From contig NC_057718.1 of NCBI RefSeq assembly GCF_004010195.1, positions 87,953,424 to 88,017,423 of the forward strand: 64,000 nucleotides of DNA, given 5' to 3'. The notes under the pieces are model-generated. The model saw only the letters and a list, made by a program, of their open reading frames with translations. It did no database searches and was not told the origin of the DNA. This DNA is from Chiloscyllium plagiosum. Its lineage: Eukaryota. The translations under genes were made by a program, and so were the position numbers. Below, in pieces: positions 12,406 to 25,939 of the stretch (position 1 is the first letter of the stretch; each line of letters opens with the position of its first letter).

Positions 12406-14069
12406 TAAAAAATGCACATTAAGAATATCTTTAAAGTAAGAGCCCTTTATAACAGTCAGCATGGATTAGGGAGGTGCGGGTCCTTCTATAACGTGACTAA
12501 TCCCTTCAGTATCTTTAAGAATGTTAGTAAAGTTGTGGAGTTCATCTGCAGTCTCAGACGAAGTCTCATATTAAAGACTACTAATTAAACTAAATTCACA
12601 GGAATCAAGTCTGTAGAGATTGTGGTGAGACATTCATATGCACTAGCTAGACCACAAACACAGTTTAAAATCATGGTCACCACACTTACCCATAAAACAA
12701 GAGGAGAAAAACTTAAACTTCATACAGATTTTAGAAATACAAATCGTTGCTGAAAGAGTGATAATCCTCTTTTGACAATTAGATGATTACATGGCTGCAG
12801 AGGTGTTAGAGTGTCTAATTCTCTAGCTGTCATGGTGTGTGGATTAGGTGAGCTTTTCCTGAATGTTTGCAAATGTTGTAAAAATCACCATATTATTAAT
12901 GGAATATAAGATGCCCAAGGAATTCAAGCTGCAGTTTGATGAGTTCACCCTCCATGAGCTTAATGTGATTTTCTAATTCACCCTCAATTTACAGCCTTTG
13001 TTGGCAAGAGTTAGCATTTATTACTTATTCCTAGTTACCGAGAGAAGGTGGCAGTGGGTTACCATTTTGAGCAGTTTATATAACTCAGCGACTATAAAGA
13101 TCACTTCAGAGGAAAGTTAACTGTCGACCGTATTGGTGTGGCTCAGGAGTCAAATAAGCCAGACTAGTCCAGGACGGCAGATGTCCCTAAAAGGCATTAA
13201 TGAACCAATTGAATTTTACAACAATTGGACATTGCATGGCCACTTTGATCATATCACAATACAAACTATTAACCTGCCATGGTGGGATTTGCACTCCATT
13301 CTCTGAGATATTGATCTGGGCTTCTAGTTTACCATGTTGGTAATATAAGCATTACTATAACCGGGGAGAAACGTTGATCCTCTCTGAGGTTTTTGTTTTG
13401 TATCATAAATGGACAGCACCAGTTTTGTTGATTGAAAGTGTAATCTCCTAAACGGAGAGCCAAGGTCACTGAAATGTGGAACGTGAGGATGGGATTCAGT
13501 GCTCAGTGAAGACTATTGCTCAAAGCCAACATGGTTAAAGGTAGGGTTGTTGGTAGTTTCAATTCCTCAGCCAACATTCTGATGGAATGAAGCTTCCTAC
13601 CAGGTGCGTAGGGTCAATGGGTGAAATCACAAAGTGGCGTGGCACTGAAGGAAGTCTTTCAATCAGTCATCCCTGTACCAACTTTTTGAAACATCCAATT
13701 GGTTCCAATTTTCAATGTTTCCCCAAATCCCTGAAAGCGCTCTCCTTCAAATAAATGCTTAAGTCCACTAAGAAAGTTATTGTTGAAACTATTTCCACAC
13801 AACCGACTCCATCAACCTCCTCACCCCTCCACTTTCAGCAGTGCATTTAGTTCACGATGCAGTGCAAGGAAAATGATTTCTCCTCATGTCACATCTGCTT
13901 CTCTTGCTAATTTCCTTAAATCTGATCTTGAACACCTCCACTAAATCCTTTGCTTAATCTTTCCCTCTCTTAGGAGAACAACTCAGCTTCCACTTAATTA
14001 TGTAACTCAGTACCTCATATCTGGTTCTATTCTAGTAAATTTCTTCTGCATTCTCTCTAAGGTCTTTGA

Positions 14070-14290
14070 AATAACTCCATAGATGCTGATATCCCATCAC
14101 CCTTTATTTACACATGGAGAGTCCTTGACCCTGATCCAGTTCCCTCAGAACCAGCTCTCAGACTGAGAAGAATGCCTGACACTCCTGTTCTTATCTGTCA
14201 GCCAGGGCTCCTTGATTGGACCAAATTAATAGTCCCAATCAGGGAACTAATTCTGAGGTCTATCTGGCTGACTTTGTTACAATCGCTACA
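14070..14290 (-). mobile_element. Possible short solo LTR
   Basis: Minus strand begins TGTAGCGATTGTAAC and has AATAAA near the other end; it interrupts a decayed CR1 fragment. Confidence 0.35.
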
Positions 14291-14560
14291 ATGCTTTCTA
14301 AAGTTTGATGTCCAGAAATGAATAGAAAACTCAAACTGGTGCTTCACTAGTGCTTTTTACATTCTTAGAATAATACCCAAGTCCTTATGCTCAACACTTC
14401 TGTTTATAAAGCCAAGGATTCCATATCTGTGTTTTTAGTAGAGTGTCCTACCACATTTAAAATTTTGTGTACATACTTTCTGAGATGCAAGACTCCACAA
14501 ACCTTGCATTAATTTTGTTGCAACATTTCTGACTCCCCAGCATTTAGAAATACCACAGGA

Positions 14561-15022
14561 GTGGCGGGACTATCTTACGTTGAAAGATTGGAGCTACTGG
14601 GCTTGTACACCCTTGAGTTTAGAAGGCTGAGAGGGGATCTGATTGAGACGTATAAGATTATTAAAGGATTGGACACTCTGAAGGCAGGAAGCATGTTTTC
14701 GCTGATGGGTGAGTCCCGAACTAGAGGACATAGTTTAAAAATAAGGGGTAGGCCATTTAGAACAGAGTTGAGGAGAAACTTCTTCACCCAGAGAGTGGTG
14801 GGTGTGTGGAATGCTCTGTCCCAGAAAGCTGCAGAGGCCAGGCCTCTGGATACTTTCAAGTAAGAGTTGGATAGAGCTCTTAAGCATAGTGGATTCAAGG
14901 ATTTATGGGGATAAGGCAGGAACAGGATACTGATTGAGGATGATCAGCCATGTTCATAATGAATGGTGGTGCTGGCTTGAAAGGCAGAATGGCCTACTCC
15001 TGCACCTATTGTCTATTGTCTA
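14561..15022 (+). mobile_element. CR1 LINE 3' fragment
   Basis: GLSYVERLELLGLYTLEFRRLRGDLIETYKI...RNFFTQRVVGVWNAL; (tattgtc)n tail. Confidence 0.9.
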
Positions 15023-16666
15023 AAACAGACAACATAATTATCTCTCCCAGTGGTGGCAAATTGGTCAATGTTGTGAATGTCTGTGAGAAAATTGGTTGCA
15101 ACCCCCTAAATCCTGCTACTAATTAAAAGTTTCAAAAAGGTTTGAACCACAGCTGACAGCTATCTCCCCTCCCCCATGTATTTTGAATTTAGTTGTACAG
15201 TGATACCCAAAATAGCATCAATATGAAAATAATTATGGATTATTTCTGTGCAATTACTGTGGAGTCTGTTTAACTTAGTCACGTATAGTTGGTGCCATTT
15301 ATATTACTGTACTGTTATTAGAGCCAGGCTTGTATTAACAGGATACGGTCAGCAATCAGCCCACTGCATCCCAGCCCCCTCTTAAAAAGTAATCTTGGCA
15401 CAAAGAAAAGCAGCCTGTGGGTCTGTCTGAAGATTTACACTTGTGAAGATTTACACAGATGATACCCAGAACTGCAAAGGTCAAACTATCTGAACATGTT
15501 GGAGGTCTATTTTAAAGAAGAGTATATTGAGATGTGTCCTGATAGAACTCTTCAGATTATGGGAGGAACTTCACACCATAGACAAAGAGAACATCATAGA
15601 CAGAGAGGAAAAAAAAGTTTCCATTATGAGGAAATGTAAAACTAGAGATTATGTGTACAGGTGGTCACCAATACATTCAGCAGCGATATTAGAAAAAATT
15701 ATTTACTCAGATCATGGTTAGAATTTGGAACTCACTGTGACACCAGAGTAGCTGAAGTGAAAAATAAAAACTTGTAATTCATAAATTACAGACTCCTGTT
15801 CTATACTTCACTACCTGGATATTTGAATTATAAACGTGATAGAAATATATATTGTTAATGTTAAATGAAGAGTGTTGAGAGGAAGCTGTCATAGAACATG
15901 AAAACTGTTGTGGAGCTGTTGGGCTATAAAATTTGGTGTCATCAAATGTAAAGGATGTGAACAAAGTTGTGACTTGTACTGATGTCAAACCTTGAAGAAG
16001 TTGTGCAGAGTTATTGTTCCAAGGATGAAGAGAGTTATGTGGAGAGATTAGAGAAGTAGGAAACATTTCTTTGAGATTAAGGGAGGAATTAATAGAGGTG
16101 TCCAAACTTGATAAATTATATAGGGAGAGACTGTTAACATTGGCAATGTTAAGAGAGTCAATAATATGAGAACACAGGTGAGGAAACTTGACATTCTATC
16201 CCCTGATTCTCTTGCTGAGAAATTCTTTTTACACAGCTAGTTTTTATGATCTGGAATTCATTGTAAAATGGGCAGTGGAAGCAATTTCATTAGTATTTTT
16301 CAAACAAGAATCAAATAAATGCTTGAAAATGAAATAAAGGTCCTGGGTGCATGGATTTAATGTCCTTCTTCAATGCTGCTGTATGATTCTATGATTCTAT
16401 TTGAACTTATGTATTTTTTTTCCATGCACTCTATCTTACATTCCTCTACAAACTCATGTTTCATTGAATTTTCGCAGAACTCTAACCCAAGTGGTCCCTA
16501 TTGGCTTTCCTCAGAACTGCCACCAGTGCTTCAATGTGACACAGTATTCAAATTGCATTCCTACAGAATTTGATTGTAACCTTCGCTCAGTCATAATTTA
16601 CAGTTCTGATTGTATAGTTCTGACTTCTATTTCCTTTTCTTGTTTGTTATACTACCTTTGTTGACC

Positions 16667-16790
16667 TGGAAGAGCACAGCAATTCAGGCAGCATCCGAAG
16701 ACAGGCAAAATCGACGTTTCGGGCAAAAGCCGATGAAGGGCCACTGATCCAGAATCTGGTTTCCAGCATCTGCAGTCATTGTTTTTACCC
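16667..16790. mobile_element. Short inverted PLE-terminus insert
   Basis: Strand switch at the hammerhead stem II; flanked by direct repeat ttgttgacc (16658-16666, 16791-16799). Confidence 0.75.
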
Positions 16791-16984
16791 TTGTTGACCG
16801 TTGAATCTACAAAGGTTCCTAAACCTCTTTCAGCTTTTTTCTTAACTCACAGAATCACATCTTACAGGCAAGGTCCCAGACAATACCATTGCTTTCCTAT
16901 GTCTTGTCCCACAGGCAGGACAGACCCAGCAGAAATAGCAGCACAGTGATGTATAGTCGGGAGGGAGTAGCTTTGGGAGTCTTA

Positions 16985-17487
16985 AGAGTCATACAGCATG
17001 GAACAGACCCTTTGGTCCAACTCAAACATGCTGACCAAGTTTCCCCAAACTAAATTAGTCCCACTTGCCTGCATGTGCCCCATACCCCTCTAAATCTTTC
17101 CTTTTCATGTACCTATCCAAATATCTTTTAAATCTTGTAAGTGTATCTCATCTACCACTTCCTCTGGCAGTTAATTCCACATACAAACCACCCTCTTATG
17201 TGAAAAAGTTCCCCCTCAGGACCCTTTTAAATCTAATCCTCTCAGCTTAAGTGTATGCCCCTAGTTTTGATCTCCTAGGAGAAAGTGAGGACTGCAGATG
17301 CTGGAGATCAAAAAGTGTGGCGGTGGAAAAGCACAGCCATTCAGGCAGCATTGAGGAGCAGGACAGTCATCAGAGAGCTTATGCTCGAAACGTCGACACT
17401 CCTGCTGCTCGGATGCTACATTTTTTTACAGTAGTTTTGATCTCACCTACCTTGGGGAAAAGATCTTACATATTCACCTTATCTATT
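16985..17487 (-). mobile_element. CR1 3' fragment nested in the LINE above
   Basis: agagtcatacagcatggaacagaccctttggtccaac resembles the other CR1 3' ends in the window. Confidence 0.75.
17275..17431. mobile_element. Short inverted PLE-terminus insert with 13-bp TSD
   Basis: ggagaaagtgaggactgcagatgctgg arm plus inverted arm; tagttttgatctc at 17262-17274 and 17432-17444. Confidence 0.85.
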
Positions 17488-18059
17488 GACTCCAGACTCC
17501 ATGAATTCTTATGGCTTAAGGTAAAACATGGGCAAGCAAACTTATTGCTGATTACCACATACTGTCCTCCCTTGGCTGATGAATCAGTACTCCTCCATGT
17601 TAAACAACACTTGGAGCAAGTACTGAAGGTAATAAGAGCATAAAATGTACTCTGGATGGGGATTTCAATGACTACCACTCAGGGGCTTGGTGGCAGCACT
17701 AATGATTGAGCTGGTCAGGTCCTAAAGGACATAGCTGTTAAACTGGGTTTACATCAGATGGTGAGGGAACCAACAAGAGGGAAAAAAATACTTGACCTAG
17801 CCTCATCAACTTGCTAGCTGCAGAGGCATCAGTCTATGATAGTACTGGTAAGAGTGATCATCACCCACTCTGTATGGAGACAATATCCCACATTCACACT
17901 GAGATCATGTTTAACATTATTACCATGCTAAAAGGGACAGACTTCAAACAGATCAACAAATCAAGACTGGGCGTCCACGAAGCACTGTGGGCCACCTACG
18001 GCCGCTGAATTGTACTCCAGCACAATCTGCAATCTCATGGTCCAGCATATCCCCCACAA

Positions 18060-18092
18060 ATCATCATCATGATCATCATCATCATCATCATC
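18060..18092 (+). repeat. (ATC)n microsatellite
   Basis: atcatcatcatgatcatcatcatcatcatcatc. Confidence 0.9.
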
Positions 18093-19899
18093 AAGAAACC
18101 TTAGTTCAGCTGTGAGTCCAGGAGGCATGCCAGGTACAACACCATGCATACCTAAAAATGAGGTGTCAACCTGGTGAAGCTACCAAGTAGCATAAGCAAT
18201 ATGTGATAGGCAGGGCCAGGTGATCCCACAGATCTAAGTCCTGCAGTCCTGCCACATCCAGTTGTGAATTGGTGGTGTAAATATCTCACTGGAGGAGAAG
18301 GCTACACAAATATCCCTATCCAGTCCTTCAGTGCAAAAGATAAGGCTGAAGTGTAAGCAGTAGTTTTCAGCCAGAAGTGCCAAGTGAATGATCCATCTTG
18401 GCCCTTCCAGTAGTCTCCAGCATCAGAAATCCAATTTTCAGCCAATTCAATGTGATATCAAGAGATGGTTGGAGCCGTTGGATAATGCAAAGGTTATGGG
18501 CCCTGACATCCTTCGAACAATAGTACTGAAGATTTGTACTCCAGAACTTGCTGCTCCCCTAACAAGCTCTTCCAATACAGTTATAATGCTGGCATCAACC
18601 AAACAATGTGGAAAATTTCCCAGATATGTCCTGTACACAAAAAACGGGACAAATCTAACCAGACCAATTACAGCCCCATCAGTCTACTTGCAATCATCAA
18701 TAAAGTAATGGAAGGTGTCATCAACAGAGGTGACAAGAAGCACTTGCTCTGCAATAACGTGCTTCAGCAACGTTCAGTTTGGCATCAGCTCATCTCCTGA
18801 TCTCACTTCAACCGTGGTTCAAGCATAGGCAAAACAGCTGAATTCTAGAGGTGAAGTGAGAGTGACAGCCCTGTATTTGACAGAGGGTAGCATCAAGGAG
18901 CCCCAGAAAAACTGGAATCCATTGGTATCAAGGGAAAACTCTCTGCTGGTTGGAGTCATATCTGGCACCAAGAAAAATGGTTGTGGTTGTTGGAGGTCAG
19001 TCATCTCAGCTCCAGGACATCCTTGCGGGAATTCCTCAAGATAGTGTTCGAGGCCCAATCATCTTCAGCTCCATCATCAATGATCTTCTCTCATCATAAG
19101 GTCAGAGATGGAGATGTTCACCATTGATTGCATACTATTCAGCACCATTTGCAACTCCTCAGAATCTGAAGCAGTCTATGTTCAAATGCAACAAGATCTG
19201 GACAATATCCAGGCTTGGGCTGAAAACCGACAAGTAACATTCGTACCACACAAATGTCATGCAGTGACCATCTCCAATAAGAGACAATATAACCACGACT
19301 CCTTGACATTCAGTGTTACCATTCCTGAATTCCCTCCTATCAATGTCCTGGGGGTTTTCATTGACTAGAAACTCAACTGGACTCAGCACATAAACACAGT
19401 GGTAGGTCAGAGGTTTGGAAGACTACATTGAGTAATTCATTTTCTGATTCCCAAAGCCTATCCACCATTTACAAGGCACAAGTCGGGAATACTCCCAACT
19501 TGCCTGGATGGGTACAGCTCCAACAACATTCAATAAGCTTTACACCATCCAAGGCAAAGTAGCCTGCCTAGTTGGCAACACATTCACATGCATCCACTAC
19601 CTACACTATTGACATTCAGTGTATATTATCTACAAAATGCACTGCAGAAATTCACCAAAGATCCTTAGGCAATACCCTTCAAACCCATGACCACCTTCAT
19701 TTTAAAGGACAAGGGCTGCAGATACTTGGATACACCACCACCTGCAAGTTCCTCTCCAAGCCTCTCACCATCTTGACTTGGAAATGTATTGCTATTTCTT
19801 CACTGTTACTGGATCAAAATCCTGGAATTTGCTCCCTAAGGGCATTGAGGGTCAGTTTTCAGCAGGTGGACTGCAGCGATTAAAGAAGGCAGCTTCTCG

Positions 19900-20028
19900 A
19901 GTGCCTGGATTAGAGTCGTGCTGGAAAAGCACAGCAGGTCAGGCAGCTTCTGAGGAGCAGGAAAATTGACATTTCGGGCAAAAGCCCTTCATCAGGTATA
20001 GAGGCAGGGTGCCTGCACAGTGGAGAGA
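19900..20028 (-). mobile_element. PLE terminal fragment with hammerhead motif (family B)
   Basis: Reverse complement cctgatgaagggcttttgcccgaaatgtc at ~19968-19996. Confidence 0.75.
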
Positions 20029-20599
20029 TCTTTTTACCTAGCTTCTCAAGGGCAACTAGTGACAGGCAATAAATGCTGGCCAACCAGCAATGCCTACATC
20101 CCACAAATGAATTTTTTGAAAATTTTTAAATGTGGGATCTTCCCCTTCTGACTCTACTTTGACTAGTGCTTTTTCAATTATTTCCCAACAGCCTTGACTC
20201 AAAACACTCTGGCCTCTCTTAGGTTGAAAGTTGTACTATCACAATAGAGAAGTGAATACATAAATTTAGACTGGCACTTCAATACTGTACTGATGGATTA
20301 TTTTTAAATATATTTTGTATGGGAAATAATCTTACATTTATGTGTAATTCTTGTCCACAAAAGTACATCCTATTGTCATACTTTAGTCACATTTTGCTCT
20401 TAACTTTCCTTTTAAACATTCTTGTTTACAGTCGAAACTGCCTATGTAAACATGTCACATTGTAATTACACTATCCTGCCAGTAATGGTGCTATAACTTA
20501 CATATTTGCCATTTGCTAGATTTCAATCTGTCATTCATGCCCATGCTCCATTACATGCTATTACCATTCCAAACCACTGTATGTTTTTCTAGTTAGCTA

Positions 20600-20923
20600 A
20601 TATAAAATAAATGTTTTATGCATAGAATACAGCCAGACCCTGAAAATTCCTCAAGCTTCTGCTGACTGATAGCTATGACTTGCATGGAGGGTTGGCGAAA
20701 AAAATAAGTTGTGTATTTTAAAAAGAAATCTTCCATCATCACTTCCTACTGCATGTTTAAAGGATATCATTGATATTCTTCTGTTTTTTTGGTCTGTGTT
20801 CCAACTTCTTTCATTGAAAGGAAAGATCAATTGATTTGTTCTGACACCCATACAGTTGAACTTCACCATAAACCAACGCTTGTTCTATTGATGAAGATAT
20901 AATTCATACCAGATGTTCTTTGC
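20600..20923 (-). other. Candidate terminal (3' UTR) exon of the minus-strand microprotein gene; 3' end uncertain
   Basis: Strong acceptor ttttgttccatttttcattaccctcag|GCAAAG in non-repeat sequence; no canonical AATAAA found nearby. Confidence 0.4.
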
Positions 20924-22946
20924 CTGAGGGTAATGAAAAATGGAACAAAATGCTGCCTGTGCTAATAGTCTGACAAAGTTGATGTAATATGTAGAGGGTG
21001 CATTTAGTTTTGGCCATTAGCGTATGATGGACAGTTGCGACTGGCAATCTGATTTACATCCCACCTGATTTTCATCTCATTGTTAGGGCATATTAGTATT
21101 GCCCTAGCTCTCAAGGCCAATTTGAACCCAGGCCCCAGTCCCCCAATTTACTTGTCTTCATTTGTCAGCATGTTTTCTACTCTGATATAAAAAATGATTG
21201 CCAATTCATTCCTGTAGGCAGTGAACCTGAGGAGTTTATGTATTGGATTGATTGAGAATCTAATTTGAATTGAGGTTACACAATTGGCTGAAATGTATGG
21301 GATAGCCTATCTCAGACACATGTACTCCCCAGGCTGAAATTTTGGGTGGAGCACAACAAGGGGAACAGCAGCTGCACCTCAGCCTTTTAATGGCCAATTG
21401 CTCAAAGGAATGCAGGCTTTGTGTAAGTGTTGGGGGATCTCGGCGAGTGACTGGCAGGCTGTGCAGTGTGAAGGGGATCAGGGAGCTGGGTTCAAGATGC
21501 CGTGGGGAAATAGCAACCTAGGAGGGATAACACCTGAGAGGTCCTGCTGTGGAATTGGGTGTTTGATTATCGGCATTTCCCACCCCAGATTTAATTTTGG
21601 CAGTGGTGGTATGAAGCCATCAAGTGGCTTTAATTGTCCATTTAAAGGCTTCAGTTGGGACACCACTTTGTGAACTGTCCAAAATAACTCCTGTCACAGG
21701 TATAATTGTGATGTGGGCAGTGTGAGGCAGGAAGACAGTGGGTAGACTGCCTGCTGGATTTAAGGAGGATCCCAGCTGCAAACCTATCAATAAACCCAGC
21801 CTGGTGTCACTAAAGTGTGTGCAGAGGCAGAAAGTTAACTTTGAATTTTTGTTTTCAGAACAGTGTGATATAATTAAGTTTCCAATTTAAAGAGTACCTC
21901 CAGGCCGAAACTTGCAACTCAAACCTACCCATTAATCGAGTCAAGCTATTTGGAATGTTTGTCATCATGAGGCCGAGTGGGTTTTCTTGTCATATCTTAC
22001 CAAACTCGTCTAATTAATTACCTACCATTTCCCTATGGTGTGCCTCAGATCCGATTTCCGCCCCATCTTACCATGTGGCACTAATGGAACAATTCTCATC
22101 TCAGCAGATATCCTGTAATTCAATAGCATTCCTTGCACCCACGCGATCTTCAAAAACCTGTTGTGTACCCAGAGAAGCATTGTCAGTCCAGAGCAACCGT
22201 GTAGAGTTCCTGATATTTGTCTCAGATGTGGCAGAGGGAAATCAGGGCCCTACTTTGTAAGCAGGGTCCTGCTGGATGAGGTAGTGCCACCCCCAGGAAT
22301 TGCAGTAGAAGCCACAACACTTGACCATGCCCTGGTCCAAACTTGACACCTGAGTCAGTGCACTGTCAGCTGGCTGGAGGAATGCACAGCACTGCTGGAA
22401 GAAGCGGTGTGTTTCTCCACTCCAGTATAACTTCCACCACCTTCTCTTCATTATCTCTCACTCATTGTCTCTGCTATTGTATGTTCCTTTCACCAAAGCT
22501 CATTCTCTACCATCTCACAATTGCCTACAACATCACCTTCACGAGTTCTCACCCACCCCAACTTCCAACACCACTAACCCTGCATGCATTCTGTGCTGCC
22601 TACTTGCTTGCTTCGGACACCTGTCCATCTGCATCAACATTTTAGCTGTGCCACTCACTTATCTTTCCTGTAATACCTGCCTTTCTTTCATTTCATGAGG
22701 AAAATAACCCACAATAGGATAGACAGAGCCAGGAAGAATGGTGGGCTACTTGTCGCTTAACTCCTTGCCTCTTATGCAGAGAGGATCCTGACTCTGATAA
22801 CCCTGAGCAGAGGTTTCCTTTGACTTACTGTGAAGGGAACTCTTGAGAAAAGGGTATCCCCTTTGTTTGAGGCCTACTGATAAAATGCAGGCTCCCTGGC
22901 TTTGTGTATGTGCTAAATGTCACAGCAAGGCAGCAGTAATATGAGC

Positions 22947-24048
22947 CTGGCATCTCTGAGGAGCAGGAGAATCGACAGGAGTTTCAGGCAAAAACCCTTC
23001 ATCAGGAATGAGGCTTGTGAGCCAAGGGGATGGAGAGATAAATGAGAGGGGGGGTGTGGGGCTGAGGAGAAGGTAGCTGAGAGTACGGTAGGTAGATGAA
23101 GATGGCGGTAATGGTGATAAAGTTGGAGAGGAGGGTGGAGCAGATAGTTGGGAAGGAAGATGGACAAGTAGGATAGATCATTAGGGCGGTGCCGATTTGG
23201 AAGGTTGGATCTGTGTTAAGGTGGGGGGATGGGAAATGAGGAAACTGGTGAAATCCACATTGAGCCCGTGTGGTTGGAGGGTCCCAAGGCGGAAGATGAG
23301 GTGTTCTTCCTCCAGGCATTGAGTGATTAGGGTTAGATGATGAAGGAGGCCTAGAACCTGCATATCCTTGGCTGAGGGGGAGGGGGAGTTGAAGTGTTCG
23401 GCCACGGGCGAACCTACCAGTACCTACTGCAAATTCAAAACCTCCAGAAACAGTTCTCCTTCTGGATTCTCCGCACCACACTCGCAGCCATGCACTGCCA
23501 CTTAATCTCTCTACAGTCAGCTCTGCCTCAGCTGAGGGCCACACTCTCTCAGAAACCCCAGGACATGCAGGTCCTGGGCCTCCTCCATCGCCTAATCCTA
23601 ACCACCCGACACCTGGAGGAAGAACGCCTCATCTTCCGCCTTGGGACCCTTCAACCACATAGGATCAATGTGGATTTCACTAGTTTCCTCATTTCCCCTC
23701 CTCTCACCTTATCCCAGATCTAACCTTCCAATTCAGCACCACCGTCTTGAACTTTTCTACCTGTCCATCTTCCTTCACACTTATCCACTCCACCCTCCTC
23801 TCCGACCTATCACTAATACCCCCACCTTAATCTACCTACCGTACTCTCAGCTACCTTCCCCTCAGGCTAACCCCCCTTCCCATTTATCTCTCCACCCCCT
23901 TGACTCATAAGCCTCATTCATGATGAAGGGCTTTTGCCTGAAATGTTGATTCTCCTGCTTCTCGGGTGCTGCCTGACCTGCTGAGCTTTTCCAGCACCAC
24001 ACTCTTCAACTCTGATCTCCAGCATTTGCAGTCCTCGCTTTCTCCTAG
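22947..24048. mobile_element. Penelope-like element (family B), internally deleted, with inverted 3' ends
   Basis: Left arm (-) AEHFNSPS.SAKDMQVLGL...LEEEHLIFRLGTLQPHGLNVDF; right arm (+) DMQVLGL...LEEERLIFRLGTLQPHRINVDF; decayed hammerhead motif in each arm. Confidence 0.88.
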
Positions 24049-24799
24049 TATCTCTGGTTGAGGGAGAAAAATACAAAAAATGCAAGGCAGGGCAATGCAC
24101 GGCAGTGATGCTGTGAGCATCCAGGTAAACTCAGAATGAGTATGTGGCTTGAGAGCAAGTGAAGAGCCTAGAGATGCAACCTAGTCCACTCCAAGTTGGG
24201 CATCTGTGCCTGATTGCACAGTGTCCTTGTTGTAGCATTACAGTACCATTCCTGGTGCAGCCCAAACTGCAACATTGAAGTGGAGAAGTGTCCTGTAGAT
24301 TGGATTGAAGATGTGCTGAGAGGGTTGTTAGAGGTTGGTAAATATTGGATAATAGTTTCCGTTGACGTGCTCATGTAGCATGCCCTGTGATGTTGATGTC
24401 CAGTCTCCAACATTGAGGTCTTTCAAAGGTGGCAGCAAGATGAATCTACCGGATAATTGCTCTGGTTTCCTTGCCACATTTTCCTGACAATTCAGTTTGT
24501 TTCACAAGTTTGATACATTGAGGGCTGGCTAAACATTAATGGAATTTGGGCTGTTAACAAAGCATTCAACAATCACTGAGAACCATCAATTGGCATCTTG
24601 CCATGGTCTAGTGAGATTCTCACCAGCTGCTTGTGAAAAACATAACCGATGGAGTGAGATGAGCTTGATGTCAAGATGGGCCTTACCACACTTTGTAGTC
24701 TGGTTCTGCCAAACATCTTACCATAGCCCATGTCTCTCAGACACCTATAAGATTCCGCCTTAAATGTTTGAAATTGAATAAAAGAAAATTAAAGAAAAA

Positions 24800-25240
24800 A
24801 TATTGTATATTATTGTACCTGCCATGATGCAAGATGTTCCAAGATGCCTCACAGCCAATGAAATACTTTTCTGAAGTGCAATCATAGTTAGATAATGTAG
24901 GAAACTCGACAGTAAGTTTACAAACAGCAATATCCTGCAAAAAGAAATTAGAAAGAGACCAGAGGATGTAGTTTGGTTAAATGATGAATATTTGTAAAGA
25001 TACCAGTGAAAGATTCACATTCATCTTTGAAATAGTGCTCTGAGATCTTTTATGCACACCTGAGAAGACAGACACACTGGGCCTAACTTCAATATCTTAT
25101 TGAAAAGGTAGCAGTTCCACCAATGCTTCATGTGTTCAGTATTTTCACTGGAGTGACAGCCTACATTATATCCTCAAATTTCTATCGTGCCATTTGATAA
25201 TATGCAATCTTCTGATCTCACCATTGAGTCACAGCTGGTA
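24800..25240 (-). mobile_element. Degraded DeuSINE-like element
   Basis: cacagccaatgaaatactttt...aatgtaggaaac...tttgaaatagtgc..gagatcttttatgcacacctgag is antisense to the Deu domain. Confidence 0.6.
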
Positions 25241-25638
25241 TCTTGTCTCCGGGAGATGGTAATGAAGAAATTGCAAAGGCTGTCTAAATGATGTATATTT
25301 GCAACATAATATTTATGCTGTAGTTAGGAAATTTTTCGCTGTGCGTGATACTGAAAAGGCACCAGGTCAAAATGAAAAGTGAATGGAGTCTGCAGGAAAT
25401 GACAGACATAACAGCTGTTAGTGTTGAACTTCGCTCCAGTTTGCAATTAAACAACTGTGCATTGAGACACAGCACCAGCAAATGGAATTTTACACTTTAG
25501 ATACATGGTCTTGTGCCACAGGAATGTGTCTTGGAATATGTCACACAAGTCAACCCACCAGATAAGAAGCTTAGCCAGCAGCAGGAGCTATCTACCCAGG
25601 CGGATACCGGAAACTTACTGTGGGCCAGCAATGCATGA

Positions 25639-25777
25639 TCAAACTTCCACATAATGTGGTCTGGCCAGAGTTGGCAACCCGGCTTTTTCATTGTAGAATT
25701 CATAGTCGTTTTCATAGTAGGATTCAAAGCATTTGACAGTGCTATTAGCATTGGTATTAACTTCATATCTTCCTATC
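25639..25777 (-). CDS. Candidate coding exon 2 of a 56-aa microprotein (exon 25619-25777)
   Basis: Acceptor ctttttcttgaag|G and donor CA|gtaagt; reads (W)IGRYEVNTNANSTVKCFESYYENDYEFYNEKAGLPTLARPHYVEV*. Confidence 0.55.
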
Positions 25778-25939
25778 CTTCAAGAAAAAGTTATGTCTTG
25801 CCAGGCTTGAATCAGTCATTCATTTCTTCACATACTCACTTGCTTTCTCTTTTTCTCTCTGTCTTCTTTCTGTCTTTTCTAGTGTCGTTTTCTAATCATT
25901 TTCCTAACAAGATGGAGAAGGGAGTTATAGAGTTAATGC

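Larger units (their letters stand above)
16850..20115 (+). mobile_element. Degenerate EN-RT LINE of a second family (CR1/L2 group) with nested inserts
   Basis: LLITTYCPP, GDFN, GKSDH (AP endonuclease); KVMGPD, NYSPISLL.IINKVME, QDLDNIQAWA (RT); 3' tail gggcaactag...caataaatgctggcc. Confidence 0.8.

Noticed and set aside
21850..22900. Possible decayed DNA transposon (Harbinger-like impression)
   Set aside because: I could not identify a transposase motif or terminal inverted repeats.
25497..25766. Track ORF MKLIPMLIAL... as the real reading frame
   Set aside because: It runs through the gtaagt donor. The other frame joins a Kozak ATG exon in correct phase, although this needs RNA evidence.
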